Made by a program: the position numbers and the translations under genes. Of a stretch of 64,000 nt of DNA, positions 63,696-64,000 are shown one piece after another. The DNA is from Clostridia bacterium (GTDB lineage Bacteria > Bacillota > Clostridia > UMGS1840). Below the pieces are notes generated by a model. That model was not told where the DNA came from, searched no databases, and was given only the letters and a program-made list of their open reading frames with translations. The stretch spans positions 14,425 through 78,424 of the forward strand of contig JAFUIN010000001.1 in assembly GCA_017468465.1 (NCBI GenBank), written 5' to 3'. How positions within the stretch are numbered: position 1 is the first letter of the stretch; the number at the start of each line of letters is the position of its first letter.

Positions 63696-64000
63696 ATGAA
63701 TTTTTTAACACTCTTATTCGGTATCTTTGCACTTCTCGGTGCCTTGGACCGAATCACCGGCAACCATCTGAAGCTGGGAGATGAATTTGAAAAAGGTGTG
63801 CAATCAGTAGGGCCCTTGGCAGTTGCAATGGTAGGGATGCTTACTGTTGCACCGGTTTTATCCCAATTTTTGATTCCGCTCTGTACGCCCTTTGCCAAGC
63901 TAATTGGTATTGACCCGTCTTTTATTGGCGGATTTGTTGCCAATGACATGGGCGGTGCTGCGATTGCCGCACAGCTTTCCGGTACGGTGTGGAGTCGGTT
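63696..64000 (+). CDS. eutH: EutH-family (ethanolamine permease-like) membrane protein, 3'-truncated by window edge
   Basis: Hand translation gives MNFLTLLFGIFALLGALDRITGNHLKLGDEFEKGVQSVGPLAVAMVGMLTVAPVL...GGFVANDMGGAAIA, which matches the EutH N-terminal pattern. It is absent from the ORF track because it is open-ended. Confidence 0.75.
   Translation, partial: MNFLTLLFGIFALLGALDRITGNHLKLGDEFEKGVQSVGPLAVAMVGMLTVAPVLSQFLIPLCTPFAKLIGIDPSFIGGFVANDMGGAAIAAQLSGTVWSR

Noticed and set aside
63512-63949. A 145-aa minus-strand ORF at the window end.
   Set aside because: The plus strand over the same region encodes a clear EutH-family N-terminus starting at 63696, so the minus ORF is its shadow.

Overview
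This 64-kb chromosomal window appears to come from a low-GC, endospore-forming Gram-positive bacterium (Bacillota, Clostridia-like; taxonomy is inference only). It is densely packed, mostly plus-strand, origin-proximal-type housekeeping DNA. Recognisable blocks are rpmH-rnpA-yidD-yidC-jag plus tRNA-Thr, rpsT, dus and spoIVB. They continue with a structured leader plus rplU-prp-rpmA, a lexA / yneA-like SOS module, a spoIVFA-like M23 gene with spoIVFB, and tsaC-rimI-tsaD. Further along are an M16 peptidase pair, lgt, dprA-topA-trmFO, rmuC, pncB, mgtC, argD-argF-GNAT (minus strand), lepA-hemW, gdpP-rplI-dnaB and tilS-hpt-ftsH-RNase H1. I saw no transposase, integrase, CRISPR array or rRNA. The non-routine content is in four places. 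(1) Three tandem, mosaic PHP-family metallohydrolase paralogs lie at 12.9-16.0 kb. (2) A 58-nt terminator-plus-promoter cassette occurs twice, at 51.8 kb and 57.1 kb. The first copy is followed by a perfect 12-bp inverted repeat and four tandem modules of GCUAAAU plus a short variable hairpin, in the leader of a cupin-aldolase-lipid kinase operon. I cannot assign this architecture to any known RNA or operator class. (3) A canonical T-box leader at 54.45-54.74 kb controls an HTH-cupin-acyl-CoA-synthetase fusion protein rather than a tRNA synthetase. The probable specifier is GUA (Val) with discriminator A. An OFA-type MFS transporter follows, which suggests a tRNA-sensed short or branched-chain acid activation route. 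(4) A GH36 / esterase / glycerate kinase / esterase cluster is followed by a truncated eutH. Several true genes or starts differ from the ORF track: rpmH and eutH are absent from it, and many listed starts are over-extended. All calls come from reading the sequence and from motif memory; no database search was run.
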